This document shows, piece after piece, positions 51,259-62,735 of a stretch of 64,000 bases of DNA. The first letter of the stretch is position 1, and every line of letters starts with the position of its first letter. The position numbers and the translations under genes are program-made. The DNA lies in contig NW_013657657.1 of NCBI RefSeq assembly GCF_000142905.1, positions 124,001-188,000 of the forward strand. Direction: 5' to 3'. Below the pieces are notes generated by a model that was not told the origin of the DNA, did not search any database, and saw only the letters and a list, made by a program, of their open reading frames with translations. This stretch comes from Thecamonas trahens ATCC 50062 (Eukaryota > Protista > Apusomonadida).

Positions 51259-53314
51259 TCAGTTTTGATCCATGAGGATGCCACGCGAGGGCGAGCCGAC
51301 GGGCGAGCCGGCGGAGTTGTTGAAGGCCTTGGAGGCAGCAGCGCGGAGCGAGGACGAGAAGACCAGGGTGTCGTCATCGTCTTCAGCACCAAACTCGGGC
51401 TCTGGTGCGGGCGCAACGTCCATGTCGCAGACGGCCGACGTGGAGATGGAGGCGGCCGGGCGGATGCTTGCGGCTGACGCCGGGTAGCTGTTCTCGCCAT
51501 CCGAGTCGTCCGAGTCGTCCGAGTCGTCGTCAAAGGCGCGGATGGCAGCAAACTTGCGGCGGAGGGCGAGGGAGATGATGTCGGCCTGGGTGACGGGCGG
51601 CTCCGAGTCTGAGCGCGGACGGGTCTTCGGCGTGCCACCAGGCGAACGGTCACCGACGCGGCGGAGCGAGGCGGCCTTGGACGAGAGCTCTGACTTGATG
51701 CGGTCCATGAGTGAGGCGCCAGTGTTGGAGCGGCGGCGCTTGGACGACGGCGCAAGGTCGGCAAGCTCCGAGGCATCGGCGACCGGATCGCGCATGTGCT
51801 TGCGGGTGCGGGCGCGGGTGATGGGGCCGGATGGCATGGGCGGCGGCGGCGGGGGGGCCGAGGTCGGGGCGGGCGCGGAAGTGGAAGACGGGGCCGGCGG
51901 AAGCGGCGGCGGCGGCGGCGGGTAGGTTGTCGGGCGAGCCGACGGGCCGGCGTCGGCCGAGGCCGGGACAAGCGGCGGCGGAAGGACCGACGAGGCTGCG
52001 GCGGACGAGTCGTCGATGAGCGACGGAATGAGAGCGGCACCCTCCATGGCCGAGGCCATGGCCGAGGACAGCGACGCCAGCTGAGCCTCCAGAGCATTCA
52101 TCTGGTCCTGCGACGGTGGCGGCGGCGGCGGCGGGAGCGGCGTCGACGGGCCCGAGGTGGCCTGCGACGCGACCGGCGACGCCGGAGCCGACGCCGATGC
52201 CTCTAGCGGCGGCGGCGGCGGCGGGAGCGGAACCGGCAGAGCACGGATAAAGGTGTGGGTCTGCTGGTGATGGCGCTGGTACACGCCACCACCGGGCGCG
52301 AACGAGCCCGGCACAGCCTTGGGCGTGGGTGGAAGCGGCAGAGCCGACCGCCCAGCGCGCCTTGCCTCGTTGGCCTCGTTGACAGCAGCCTGAATGGCCT
52401 GCGCCCGCGGATGCGGGTTGCCTCCGCCAAACAGCAAGGTCTCGGAGACGAGCGGCGGAATGGCGGCAGAGAGGACGTGTCGGAAGCCGGCGTATGACGG
52501 AAACGGATCAAACGAGTGCATGGTGGCCGTGGCGTCGGTGGAAAAGGCCGACGAGAGCGCTGTCCGGAGCGAGGCCATCGACTCGGTCGACTCGATCCAG
52601 TGCGGCGGAAGCCCGAGCTTGGCCCCGAGCCTGCGGAGGAAGTTGCGCTGCCGGATTTCCTTCTGTAGTCGGGAATAGGAGAGGGAGGGAGGGCGGTGAG
52701 GGAGGCGGTGAGGGCGGTGAGGGCGGAGAGGGAGGCGGAGAAGGAGGCGCCAAAGTGAAAGTGCGAAAATTCAAAATTTAAGATTCGGCGCGCCCACGCC
52801 ACAACCTTCCCACCTGGCGAGGGCATGCGGGGGCATACGGGAGAGGGGGAGGGGGGGAGNNNNNNNNNNNNNNNNNNNNNNNNNNNNNNNNNNNNNNNNN
52901 NNNNNNNNNNNNNNNNNNNNNNNNNNNNNNNNNNNNNNNNNNNNNNNNNNNNNNNNNNNNNNNNNNNNNNNNNNNNNNNNNNNNNNNNNNNNNNNNNNNN
53001 NNNNNNNNNNNNNNNNNNNNNNNNNNNNNNNNNNNNNNNNNNNNNNNNNNNNNNNNNNNNNNNNNNNNNNNNNNNNNNNNNNNNNNNNNNNNNNNNNNNN
53101 NNNNGCCAGAAGGGGGGTTGTGTGGGGGGGGGGGGGAGGGAAGGAGGCGTACCCGGCGGACCATCTCCCTCACGCGGCGCGACATGGGCTTCTCGCCCTC
53201 GATGCGCAGGGCCTGGAGGGAGTGGACGAGGGAGACGAGCTGTGTGATTTTGCGCTCTGTGAAGATCTTTGCCTGCGCTGCATACTCTAGCAGCGACATG
53301 GTGAGCTGGTACAT
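51259..53314 (-). CDS. MTFR1/PRR11-like Pro-rich protein; exons 53314-53153 and 52662-51259
   Basis: Intron GTACGC...CAG joins in frame (the intron spans a gap); RNFLRRLGAKL, coiled coil MNALEAQLASL, poly-Pro, LRRVGDRSPGGTP, IISLALRRKFA. Confidence 0.65.
52860..53103. other. Assembly gap
   Basis: N run. Confidence 1.
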
Positions 53315-53428
53315 CGAGGTCCCCAACCCACGGCTGGTGGCGGTTGGGCAGGTGAAGGGGCGGAAGAAAGGTGGGGAGGCCGAACGAAAGGAGGGGGGAG
53401 GGGAGGGACGGGGGGGGAGGGGGGGGGG

Positions 53429-53596
53429 ACGAACAAACGATTGGGGGAACGATTGAGGGAACGATTGAACGAACGAACGATTGAGGGAACGATTGAACGA
53501 ACGAACGATTGAGGGAACGATTAAATGAACGATTGAACGAGCGAACGATTGAGGGAACGATTAAATGAACGATTAAACGAACGATTGAACGGATTG
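53429..53596. repeat. GAACGATT-core minisatellite (~12-bp period, ~13 cores)
   Basis: Relatively AT-rich tandem array in the divergent intergenic region. Confidence 0.9.
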
Positions 53597-53800
53597 GGCA
53601 CCTGGACGGGCTCGCTCCCTCTGCTCCACACCACCACCACACAGACCCCACACGGCCCGACACGGCTTGACAAGACACAACACGACACACGACACAACAC
53701 ACTCACCTCATAACCACTCTGCTGCGGCAGTGACAGAGACTCCCCCTCCCCCCTCACCCTCACCCTCGTCCTCCTCCTCCCCCTCCCCCGCCCCCTACCC

Positions 53801-55987
53801 ATGCGGTCAGAACGGGTGGCAGAGGCCGCCTTCCTCGCCGTCACCAACCCGGCCCACTGGTCGGAGCCGACCGTCCACACCCTCGCCCCGCACTCCCCGC
53901 GGTGGACAGGGACTGCAAAGGCTGCTGCAGCCTTTTGCTTTGCCGACACCGCCGATACCGCACTCGCCTGCCTCGCGCCCCGTGCCCGCCACTCGGCCTC
54001 CCCCTCGGCTGCCCGCTCGCAGCTGCAGATGCAGCCGGCGGCTCCCACAGGCCTCGCCGCTCCCGGAGCCGATGCCTCTGCCGCAGGCACAGGCTCGACC
54101 AGTTTGTGGACCCGGCTTCATGGCTTTGTCTTTGTGCTGACCACCGGTGATGGCGATCGGCTCTACGGACACGTCCGCCGCTTTGCCGGGCCGTCGGACA
54201 CTGTGTACGCCGTGTGCATGCTCTCATATCACCCCACGGTCGCCCTCTTCCGCAAGGTCCTCAAGCTGGCCGAGCGGGTAAAGGGCCATGCTGCACCGAG
54301 CGCAGGCAACTGTCCCGCGCTCGGATCGCTCTTTGACCAGGTCCTTGCTGCCCGCATCACCTCGCCCTCGCTCAAGCTCACTGTCGGCTCGTCGAGCTAC
54401 ACTCTGCGGCTACCGCGAGCGACGCCCGGGGCCGCGCCGCGGTTTGAGCCATCAGTCGGTGCCCGGCTGGCGTTGCTTGCCGCCCTCGACGCCGACGCCA
54501 TTGCCGGCGTCCTGCTCGCTCTCGCCACCGAGCGCCGCATCCTGGTCACAGCCCAGGCGCTGGCCACGCTCTCGTCGTCAATCCTGACCCTCAACGCCTT
54601 GCTCGACCCGCTGCAGTGGCAGCACGTCTTCATCCCGGTCCTGCCACCGTCGCTCTTTGACTACGCCTGCGCACCCATGCCGTGGCTCATGGGCGTCCCC
54701 ACGTCGGAGCTCGAGACTATCGCCAAGTACCCGCTAGACGACGTCGTCGTTGTCTACCTCGACCACTCGAGCGTTGTCGACACCGCGGCTGAGCGGGCCG
54801 AGCGCGCCAGCACGTCCAGCTTTGGCGACGACCTCGCTGCTGCCGGTGGCGTCGCACTGCCGAACAAGCCGGCCGCCGCGCTGCGCAAAACATGGTCGGC
54901 GCTCCGCAAGGAGCTTGACGCCGTGGTTCCTGAATCGGCGCAGCGCGAGCTCGCCAATCGGGTCTCGAACGCGTTTATGGCCTTTTGGGTCTCACTCCTC
55001 GGCCCGTTCCGCTCGTGCCTCTTTGTCGACGAGTCGGCCGTCTCCACCGGTCGCCACGCGTCGTCGGCTGTCGTGTTTGACTCTGAGGCGCTCATCGCAC
55101 AACACGAAGAGTCCAAGTCGACCGTCGCCTTTCTTCGCGCTCTTCAGCGGACCCAGATGTTCGAGGAGTTTGGCCGCGAAATCGCAGACCGCGCGGCATC
55201 GCGCCGTCCGCCCAATGCCTTTGAAATCGCCGCCTTTTCCTACAAGCGCGTCTCGCGGTCCAAGCTCGGCAAGGTCTTCTCTGCCCTCCGCCGCGGCGGC
55301 GGCTCGTCGACTTCGGCCCCGGGCTCGCCAGCCGACTCTCCCGCCACGCCGCGGACGCCGACTGGAACCGGTGGCGGTGTCGGCGGAAGCCTTGGCAGCG
55401 GCGGGGGCTTATTCGGCGAGCTCGCCTCGCCGGTTCTCGCGCCCAACCGGGTCACCCGTCGGGTCCGCCTCGACAACCGGGTCAACTGGGACGGCGTCGA
55501 CTTTGCCGACATCCACGCCTCATTTGCTCCCCCCGATGCGCCCGACGCGCCCGACCCCGCGCTTGTCAGCCCAGCCCAGCCACACCCGGAGGCAGAGCCC
55601 CTCGCCACCTCTGCTCCGCTCATCGACTTTGCTGCAAGCACTGAGCCTGTGGCAGAGCCCAAGCCGGAACTCCCCAAGCCAGCTCGTCCGCAGGCTGCTG
55701 CCGATCCGTTTGCTATTTTCGGATCAGAGCTCGCCGCTGCACCCGCACTCGCCGCCGCATCCGCCGCAGCTCCTACCACCGTGCCGGCCGCCACCGCTGA
55801 TCCGTTTGCTATGTTTGCAGCCGGACCGTCAGTCTCGGGCAGCCTCGTGCAAGACACGCCGTCGCTGCTCTCGATGTTCGACCCGCTCCACAACGGCGAT
55901 AGTGGCAGCGCGACCAAGCCTGGCGCCGCCGCCAATGCGGACGTGCTGGCCAGCAGTGGTGCGAGCACGCCAAGCTTGCTCGACTGA
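53801..55987 (+). CDS. DENN-domain Rab GEF (DENND1/connecdenn-like)
   Basis: FVFVLTTGDGDRLYG; LATERRILV; PLQWQHVFIPVLP...CAPMPWLMGV; TQMFEEF; tail with DPF and LIDF motifs. Confidence 0.88.
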   Translation: MRSERVAEAAFLAVTNPAHWSEPTVHTLAPHSPRWTGTAKAAAAFCFADTADTALACLAPRARHSASPSAARSQLQMQPAAPTGLAAPGADASAAGTGSTSLWTRLHGFVFVLTTGDGDRLYGHVRRFAGPSDTVYAVCMLSYHPTVALFRKVLKLAERVKGHAAPSAGNCPALGSLFDQVLAARITSPSLKLTVGSSSYTLRLPRATPGAAPRFEPSVGARLALLAALDADAIAGVLLALATERRILVTAQALATLSSSILTLNALLDPLQWQHVFIPVLPPSLFDYACAPMPWLMGVPTSELETIAKYPLDDVVVVYLDHSSVVDTAAERAERASTSSFGDDLAAAGGVALPNKPAAALRKTWSALRKELDAVVPESAQRELANRVSNAFMAFWVSLLGPFRSCLFVDESAVSTGRHASSAVVFDSEALIAQHEESKSTVAFLRALQRTQMFEEFGREIADRAASRRPPNAFEIAAFSYKRVSRSKLGKVFSALRRGGGSSTSAPGSPADSPATPRTPTGTGGGVGGSLGSGGGLFGELASPVLAPNRVTRRVRLDNRVNWDGVDFADIHASFAPPDAPDAPDPALVSPAQPHPEAEPLATSAPLIDFAASTEPVAEPKPELPKPARPQAAADPFAIFGSELAAAPALAAASAAAPTTVPAATADPFAMFAAGPSVSGSLVQDTPSLLSMFDPLHNGDSGSATKPGAAANADVLASSGASTPSLLD

Positions 55988-56025
55988 CGCTTGTACGGCC
56001 ATCGTTTACAGCTGCAGCGGCGGAG

Positions 56026-57702
56026 CTAGCCCTTGATGCAGCAAATAGGGGTGAGCTTGACAGCCTTGCGGCCGATACCCTTCTGGTGGCAGGTCTCGAT
56101 GACCGCGTCGATGTCCTTATACGACGAGGTGCACTCCTCGGCAATGAGCTTGGGCGAGGCCACGCGAATGGAGACGTTCTTGGCCGCAAGCTCGTCGAGA
56201 ACAGACTCGTACTTGACCTCGCGGCGGGCCTTGGAGCGTGAGCAGCGGCGGCCGGCGCCGTGGCAGGTCGACCCAAACGTCTCGTCCATGCCCTTTTGTG
56301 TCCCAAGCAGAATGTACGAGGCCGAGCCCATCGAGCCGCCGATGAGGATGGGCTGCCCGATGTAGGTGTAGTCGACCGGGAGCATCGGGTGGCCCGGCGG
56401 GAAGGCACGGGTCGAGCCCTTGCGGTGGACAAGCAGCGTCTTGGGCGTGCCGTCGACAAGGTGCTCCTCCACCTTGGCAATGTTGTGTGAGACGTCGTAA
56501 ATGAGCGACATGTCAAGCTCCTGCGGCGACTTGCCAAACACGCTTGCAAAGGCCTGGCGGACGAGGAATGTCATCGACTGGCGGTTGACAAAGGCGTAGT
56601 TGGAGGCGCACGCCATGGCGGCGAGGTAGTCCTGCCCAGCTTGCGAGCCGATGCGAGCGCACGAGAGCTGCTTGTCGTTGACATCGATGCCGTCGTCGCG
56701 CATGGCCTGCTCCATCTCGATCAGCGCGTCAGTCGCCACCTGATGGCCGAGCCCGCGCGAGCCCGAGTGGACCATGACCACGATCTGACCCACGGCGTCA
56801 ATGCCCATCTTGGCCGCCCCATCGACGTCGTAGATTTCCTCCACCTTTTGCACCTCCAGGTAGTGGTTGCCGGCGCCGAGCGTCCCGAGCTGCGGCAGAC
56901 CGCGCTTCTTGGCCCGCCGCGAGACCTTGGACGGGTCCGCCGCAAGCAGCCGGCCGTACTCCTCGCAGTGCTCCTTGTCCTCGGGCCAGGCGTAGCCCTC
57001 GCGGAGTGACCAGTCGAGGCCCATCTCCAGAACCTCCTCCAGATCGGCCATGGTCATGGGGATGACGCCCTTGGAGCCGACACCGACCGGGATATGGTTG
57101 AACAGCGCTTGCGCTAGCTCTTCTTGGATCGGCCGCACATCCTCCTCACGCAAGTTGGTGCGGATGACCCGAACGCCGCAGTTGATGTCAAAGCCGACGC
57201 CTCCCGGCGAGACCACAGCCTCGGGATCGTCCATGTCAAACGCCGCCACACCGCCGATCGGAAAGCCGTAGCCGGAATGAACGTCTGGCATGGCAAACGA
57301 GTACCGCACGATTCCCGGCAGCTGCGCCACGTTGGCGATCTAGAACAAGAGGTGGCATTGGGGGGGGGAGGGGAGGGGGAGGTGGTGAGGAGGTGAGCTG
57401 GGGTGGGGATGGGGGATTGTGTGAGGGGGGGGGGGGGAGAGAGAGAGAGAGAGAGAGATCATGCGTACCTGCTTGAGGGCGGGCACAAAGCCGCCGACAC
57501 CCTTGGCCGAGGTGTACTGGCGTAGCTCGTCGCCCATGAGCTCACGCAGCTCGTCGTTGACATAGAACCGTCCGGGCACCCGCATGCCCGGCACAAAGCC
57601 CTTGGCAATCTCATACGTGTTGGCGTCGAGCTTCTTGATGTACCCCTCCTGCTCCTCCAGCGAGTACTCGGCAGTCTCATCCATAACCCTTGTGTCCGCC
57701 AT
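56026..57702 (-). CDS. RTCB: tRNA-splicing ligase RtcB; exons 57702-57469 and 57339-56026
   Basis: [51 protein letters not shown]; intron GTACGC...TAG. Confidence 0.97.
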
Positions 57703-58496
57703 GGTCACTTGGGTGAGGTGTTACCCTCTCCCGTGTGGTCGGCTGTGTGTGGGGGGGGGGGGTCGACTCGGAGGGAGGATTGGAAGCCTCCCAGAGACGG
57801 TCCGACTTCTTCTGTCTCGGCAAGCCAATCGCACATGGCTGTGGGTGCTACACTGGTGGGAGTTTGATGGAACGGTATGATCTTGCTGCTTGGGAAGCTG
57901 GGAGGGGGAAGGGGGCGGTCTGCGCTTGGTTGCGGGTCTCGATGGGGAGGGGGAGGAGAAGGGGGGTGGAGGAGATGGGGGGGAGACCGGGCAGCGGGGG
58001 GGGGAGATATCGGATCCGATGGCCTATCTTGGCATATGTACACCACGCGCATAGAGTGGCCTCTATTCAGCAGCTCCTGGCCTAATGTCTGGTTGCCGGG
58101 CGGCAGGCGACGGCGCGATGGTCATGGTGATCAGGACAGCGGGGCAGGGGTGGTGGTGGAGGAAAGGGGCTGACGCCATGCCGTCCGTGCAACATGGCCT
58201 GCACTGCGGGATCGTGGGTAGCAATGAAGCGATGGAACGGTCTGATGCGATATGTAGTTGAGGGAGTTGCGAGAGCGTGGCTACTTACAGTCGAAGCGAA
58301 GAAGGAGTTTGGAACGAATGTCCCCAGGTGGGGAGAGGGGGGGTTGGGGCGAGTGGAGCGAGAGCGGAGACGCCACGGGAGCGACCCGCAGAAGAAAGGA
58401 CGGCGGCTGGGTAGGAGCGGGCACAAGGGGGGGGGGGGAGGGGGGGGGGAGGGGGTCTTCGGTAAGTGGAGAAGCACCACTCAACTCTCACTGTAG

Positions 58497-59625
<1,129 letters not shown>

Positions 59626-59875
59626 TCTGCGAGCGGGCGCTGCGCAGCAACCAATTACATACTGTGACCCATGAGTGCGTGGTCGCCACGAACATTGTTT
59701 TCGTGTTGACAGGAGAAGAGGAGGGAAAGCTGGTGACCGCCATGGCCCGTCTCCGATTCGGCCAGTGGGTGAGCGGACATTGCCCATTGCCCATCTTTCG
59801 GCCATCCACGGGCGGCGGCCGAGTGGCCAGTGGCAGCGGGTAGCGGCAACACACGACTAGCGTTGCAGAGGGCTG

Positions 59876-61558
59876 ATGGCAGACTTCTTCATCGAGGTTG
59901 GCAACCGGCGCCGGGGAGGGCGGTCTGTTGCGGCCAAGCTGAAGGATCCCCGGAAGCGGAAGCGTGAGGGCGAGGGCTCGGGTGAGGCCCGTAGCCGCGG
60001 CGGACGGAGCAGGTCATCTGGCGGGCCATCCCGGGGCGGACGGGGCCGGAGCCAGCGGGGTGAGGGGCGCCGCGGGCGGCATGCGGCGGAAGACGAGGCT
60101 GTGGAGTCTCTTTCGGGTGACGAGGAGGGCGGTGGGCGAGGCGGCGACGAGGCCGAGCTGAGCTACTCGGACGACCTGGAGAAGCTAGAGACGCCGGCCC
60201 AGAAGCGGGCCCGGCTCGCCCGGCAGTACATCGAAGCCATGGCCGGGTCCGACGACGACGACGGGAGCGGAAGCGGGAGCGGCGACGATGGGAGCGGAAG
60301 CAGAGGCGGGCGCCGCCACGAGGCTGTGGGCGACAAGCTGTATGAAGCCGCGCTCCGGGCCTCGCATCGGTACCGCCAGGAGGTGGCTGACACGCTTGGC
60401 TCCGGTGGCCTGCCCGATGGCCGCGCCGTCTCGGCCTCGCACGGCAAGCACCGCCTGCCGGTCACCGCCGTCGCTGTGGCCGCCGACGAGAGCGTGGTGT
60501 ACTCGGGCTCCAAAGACGGGGCCATTGTGGCCTGGGATCTCGAGTCGGACACCAAGTGGGTGGCGGTGCCTGCGGCCCGGGCGCCACCCAAGGGCCGCAG
60601 CCTCGCGCCGCCGACTGAGCTCGGCGACGGGCACGCTGGCGCGGTGCTCGCGCTTGCCGTGGCGGACAATCCGGCGGTGCTGGCGTCGACGGGGGAGGAC
60701 GGAACGATCCGGATCTGGGACACGCGGGCGCCGCCGCGAACGCTGCTGCCTGCGCTCTCCAACGCGCCGCGGGCACACAAGGGCCCTGTGTATGGCCTCG
60801 CCTTCCGCCATGCGACAGACCAGCTGTTTTCCGGCGGCGTCGACCGTGTGGTCAAGGTCTGGGCCGGGAGCGAGGCAGCGTTTGTCGAGTCGCTCTTTGG
60901 GCACGAGGCCGCTGTTCACGACATGGACTCGCTCGTCCGTGAGCGGGCCATCTCGGGCTCTGCCGACGGCTCGATCCGAGTGTGGAAGGTGCTCGAGCAG
61001 TCGCAGCTTCTCTTCCGTGCACCCGGCGGTGGCTCGCCGGTCGAGCGCGTCTCGCTCATCAACGAGAACAACTTTGCAGTGGCCACGGTCGACGGCTCGC
61101 TCTCGCTGTTCTCCGTCCACAAGCGACGGGCGCTGACGGTGGTGAAGCATGCGCACGGCGCGCCGCCGTGCAGCCAGCTTCCCGAGTCGCCGCTTCTCCC
61201 GCCGGGCGAGGTGACGCAGCGGTCGACGTGCAACTGGGCGACTGCGCTCGAGTCGGCCAAGTTTACCGATGTCATCGCCTCGGGCTCGGCCACGGGGACG
61301 ATCAAGTTCTGGAAGGTCGGCAACCACTGCAAGTCGCTGACGCCTGTTGCCGAGGTTGACACGCCCGGCTTTGTCAACGACCTCGCATGGGCCAGGTCGG
61401 GCAAGTTTGTCGTCGCCGCTGTGGGACGCGAGCACCGCCTCGGCCGCTGGTGGCGCCTGCCCGGCGGCGAGGGCGGCGCGCGCAACCGCGTCTCGCTCAT
61501 CCGCGTCGGCATCGACCTCGACGCCGTCACGGTCGGCGAGGAGGAGCCCCTGAACTAA
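59876..61558 (+). CDS. RRP9: U3 snoRNP WD40 protein RRP9/U3-55K
   Basis: ETPAQKRARLARQYI; FVESLFGH; RERAIS; AVGREHRLGRWW. Confidence 0.9.
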   Translation: MADFFIEVGNRRRGGRSVAAKLKDPRKRKREGEGSGEARSRGGRSRSSGGPSRGGRGRSQRGEGRRGRHAAEDEAVESLSGDEEGGGRGGDEAELSYSDDLEKLETPAQKRARLARQYIEAMAGSDDDDGSGSGSGDDGSGSRGGRRHEAVGDKLYEAALRASHRYRQEVADTLGSGGLPDGRAVSASHGKHRLPVTAVAVAADESVVYSGSKDGAIVAWDLESDTKWVAVPAARAPPKGRSLAPPTELGDGHAGAVLALAVADNPAVLASTGEDGTIRIWDTRAPPRTLLPALSNAPRAHKGPVYGLAFRHATDQLFSGGVDRVVKVWAGSEAAFVESLFGHEAAVHDMDSLVRERAISGSADGSIRVWKVLEQSQLLFRAPGGGSPVERVSLINENNFAVATVDGSLSLFSVHKRRALTVVKHAHGAPPCSQLPESPLLPPGEVTQRSTCNWATALESAKFTDVIASGSATGTIKFWKVGNHCKSLTPVAEVDTPGFVNDLAWARSGKFVVAAVGREHRLGRWWRLPGGEGGARNRVSLIRVGIDLDAVTVGEEEPLN

Positions 61559-62430
61559 ACGTACGCGTACTCGTACTCGGCAGAAGACGACGAGGCGGCC
61601 GAGGCGGCTGACGACGAAAGCGAGGACGAGGCTCGCCGCCGACGCCGCGTCGGAAGCGAGTCGACGCAAAGCGACTCGCGCAGCAGCGCGTCGCCCTCTA
61701 GCACATCAGTCCGCTTGGCAAGGTCCGCCAGCCGCCGCCGCACAAGGTCGTCGAGGTCCAGCAGCCGGTGGGCGATGTCGCGCTCCAACGCGCGCATCCG
61801 CGACGCCAGCATGGACACCATCCGCACTACGTCCTCCAGCGGATCGTCTGACTCATAGTACCCGCCGAACTCGTCGCCGTACTCGTCGCCGTACTCGTAG
61901 CCTCTGTACTCGTAGTCGTCGTACACTGCAGGAGCCGCCTGAGGCCTTGATTTGCTCTTGGCCTTGCCCCTGCCCTTGCCCTTGGACTTGGCCGCATTGC
62001 CACTGTTCGAGGCATTACTGCTGCTGTCCGAGCCATCATGGCGGGTCTTGGCCTTGGTCTTGGTCTTGCTCTTGGCCTTTCCCCTTCCCTTGCCCTTGGC
62101 CTTGCCCCTTCCCTTGCCCTTGGCCTTGGCCTTAGATTTGGCCTTTGCCCTGCCCTTGCCCTTGGACTTGGCCGCATTGCCGCTGTTCGAGGCATCACTG
62201 CTGCTGTCCGAGCCATCATGGCGGGTCTTGGCCTTGGCCTTGGCCTTGGCCTTGCTCTTGGCCTTGCCCCTGCCCTTGCCCTTGGACTTTGCATCATCAC
62301 TGCTGTCCGAGGCATCACCACCGGCGGTACCCCTTCGACGGCCCTTCCCCTTGCCGCCCGCCCTGCTCCTGTCCTTCCCCTTACCCTCTGCCCTGCTCCT
62401 GTCCTTCCCCTTGCCCTTGCCCTTGCCCAT
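61555..62430 (-). CDS. Lys/Gly/Ala-rich basic repeat protein with Tyr/acidic segment and coiled coil
   Basis: ATG 62430 MGKGKGKGK...; internal 180-bp duplication; YEYGDEYGDEF; LRRL-type heptads. Confidence 0.6.
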   Translation of the reverse strand: MGKGKGKGKDRSRAEGKGKDRSRAGGKGKGRRRGTAGGDASDSSDDAKSKGKGRGKAKSKAKAKAKAKTRHDGSDSSSDASNSGNAAKSKGKGRAKAKSKAKAKGKGRGKAKGKGRGKAKSKTKTKAKTRHDGSDSSSNASNSGNAAKSKGKGRGKAKSKSRPQAAPAVYDDYEYRGYEYGDEYGDEFGGYYESDDPLEDVVRMVSMLASRMRALERDIAHRLLDLDDLVRRRLADLAKRTDVLEGDALLRESLCVDSLPTRRRRRASSSLSSSAASAASSSSAEYEYAYV

Positions 62431-62584
62431 CCACACGCCCTCCTCCTCACACCAACCCAGTGCAGTGTACCAGTGTGCCCCCCCCACCCCTCCCCTCCCC
62501 TCCCCCCTCCCCTGCCCCCTCCCCCCCCCTCCCCCCGCCACCGGCCCCATTCGCCCGCTCCCTGACACGCCACCCAGCCGTTGG

Positions 62585-62680
62585 CCACCACCACCACCAC
62601 CACCACCACCACCACTACCACTACCACAGACACCACCACACCACACCACTCCACACACACACACACACACACACACCACT
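62585..62680. repeat. (CCA)n and (CA)n microsatellites
   Basis: Read directly. Confidence 0.9.
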
Positions 62681-62735
62681 CCACAAACTACCACCTCTGC
62701 CACTGCCACCCCCACATCTGTCACCATACCCCCCC

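Noticed and set aside
53335-53706. Extra upstream coding exon of the MTFR1-like gene (GTGAGT donor on the - strand at ~53706)
   Set aside because: Splicing to the nearest CAG is out of frame; at most a UTR intron, and unsupported
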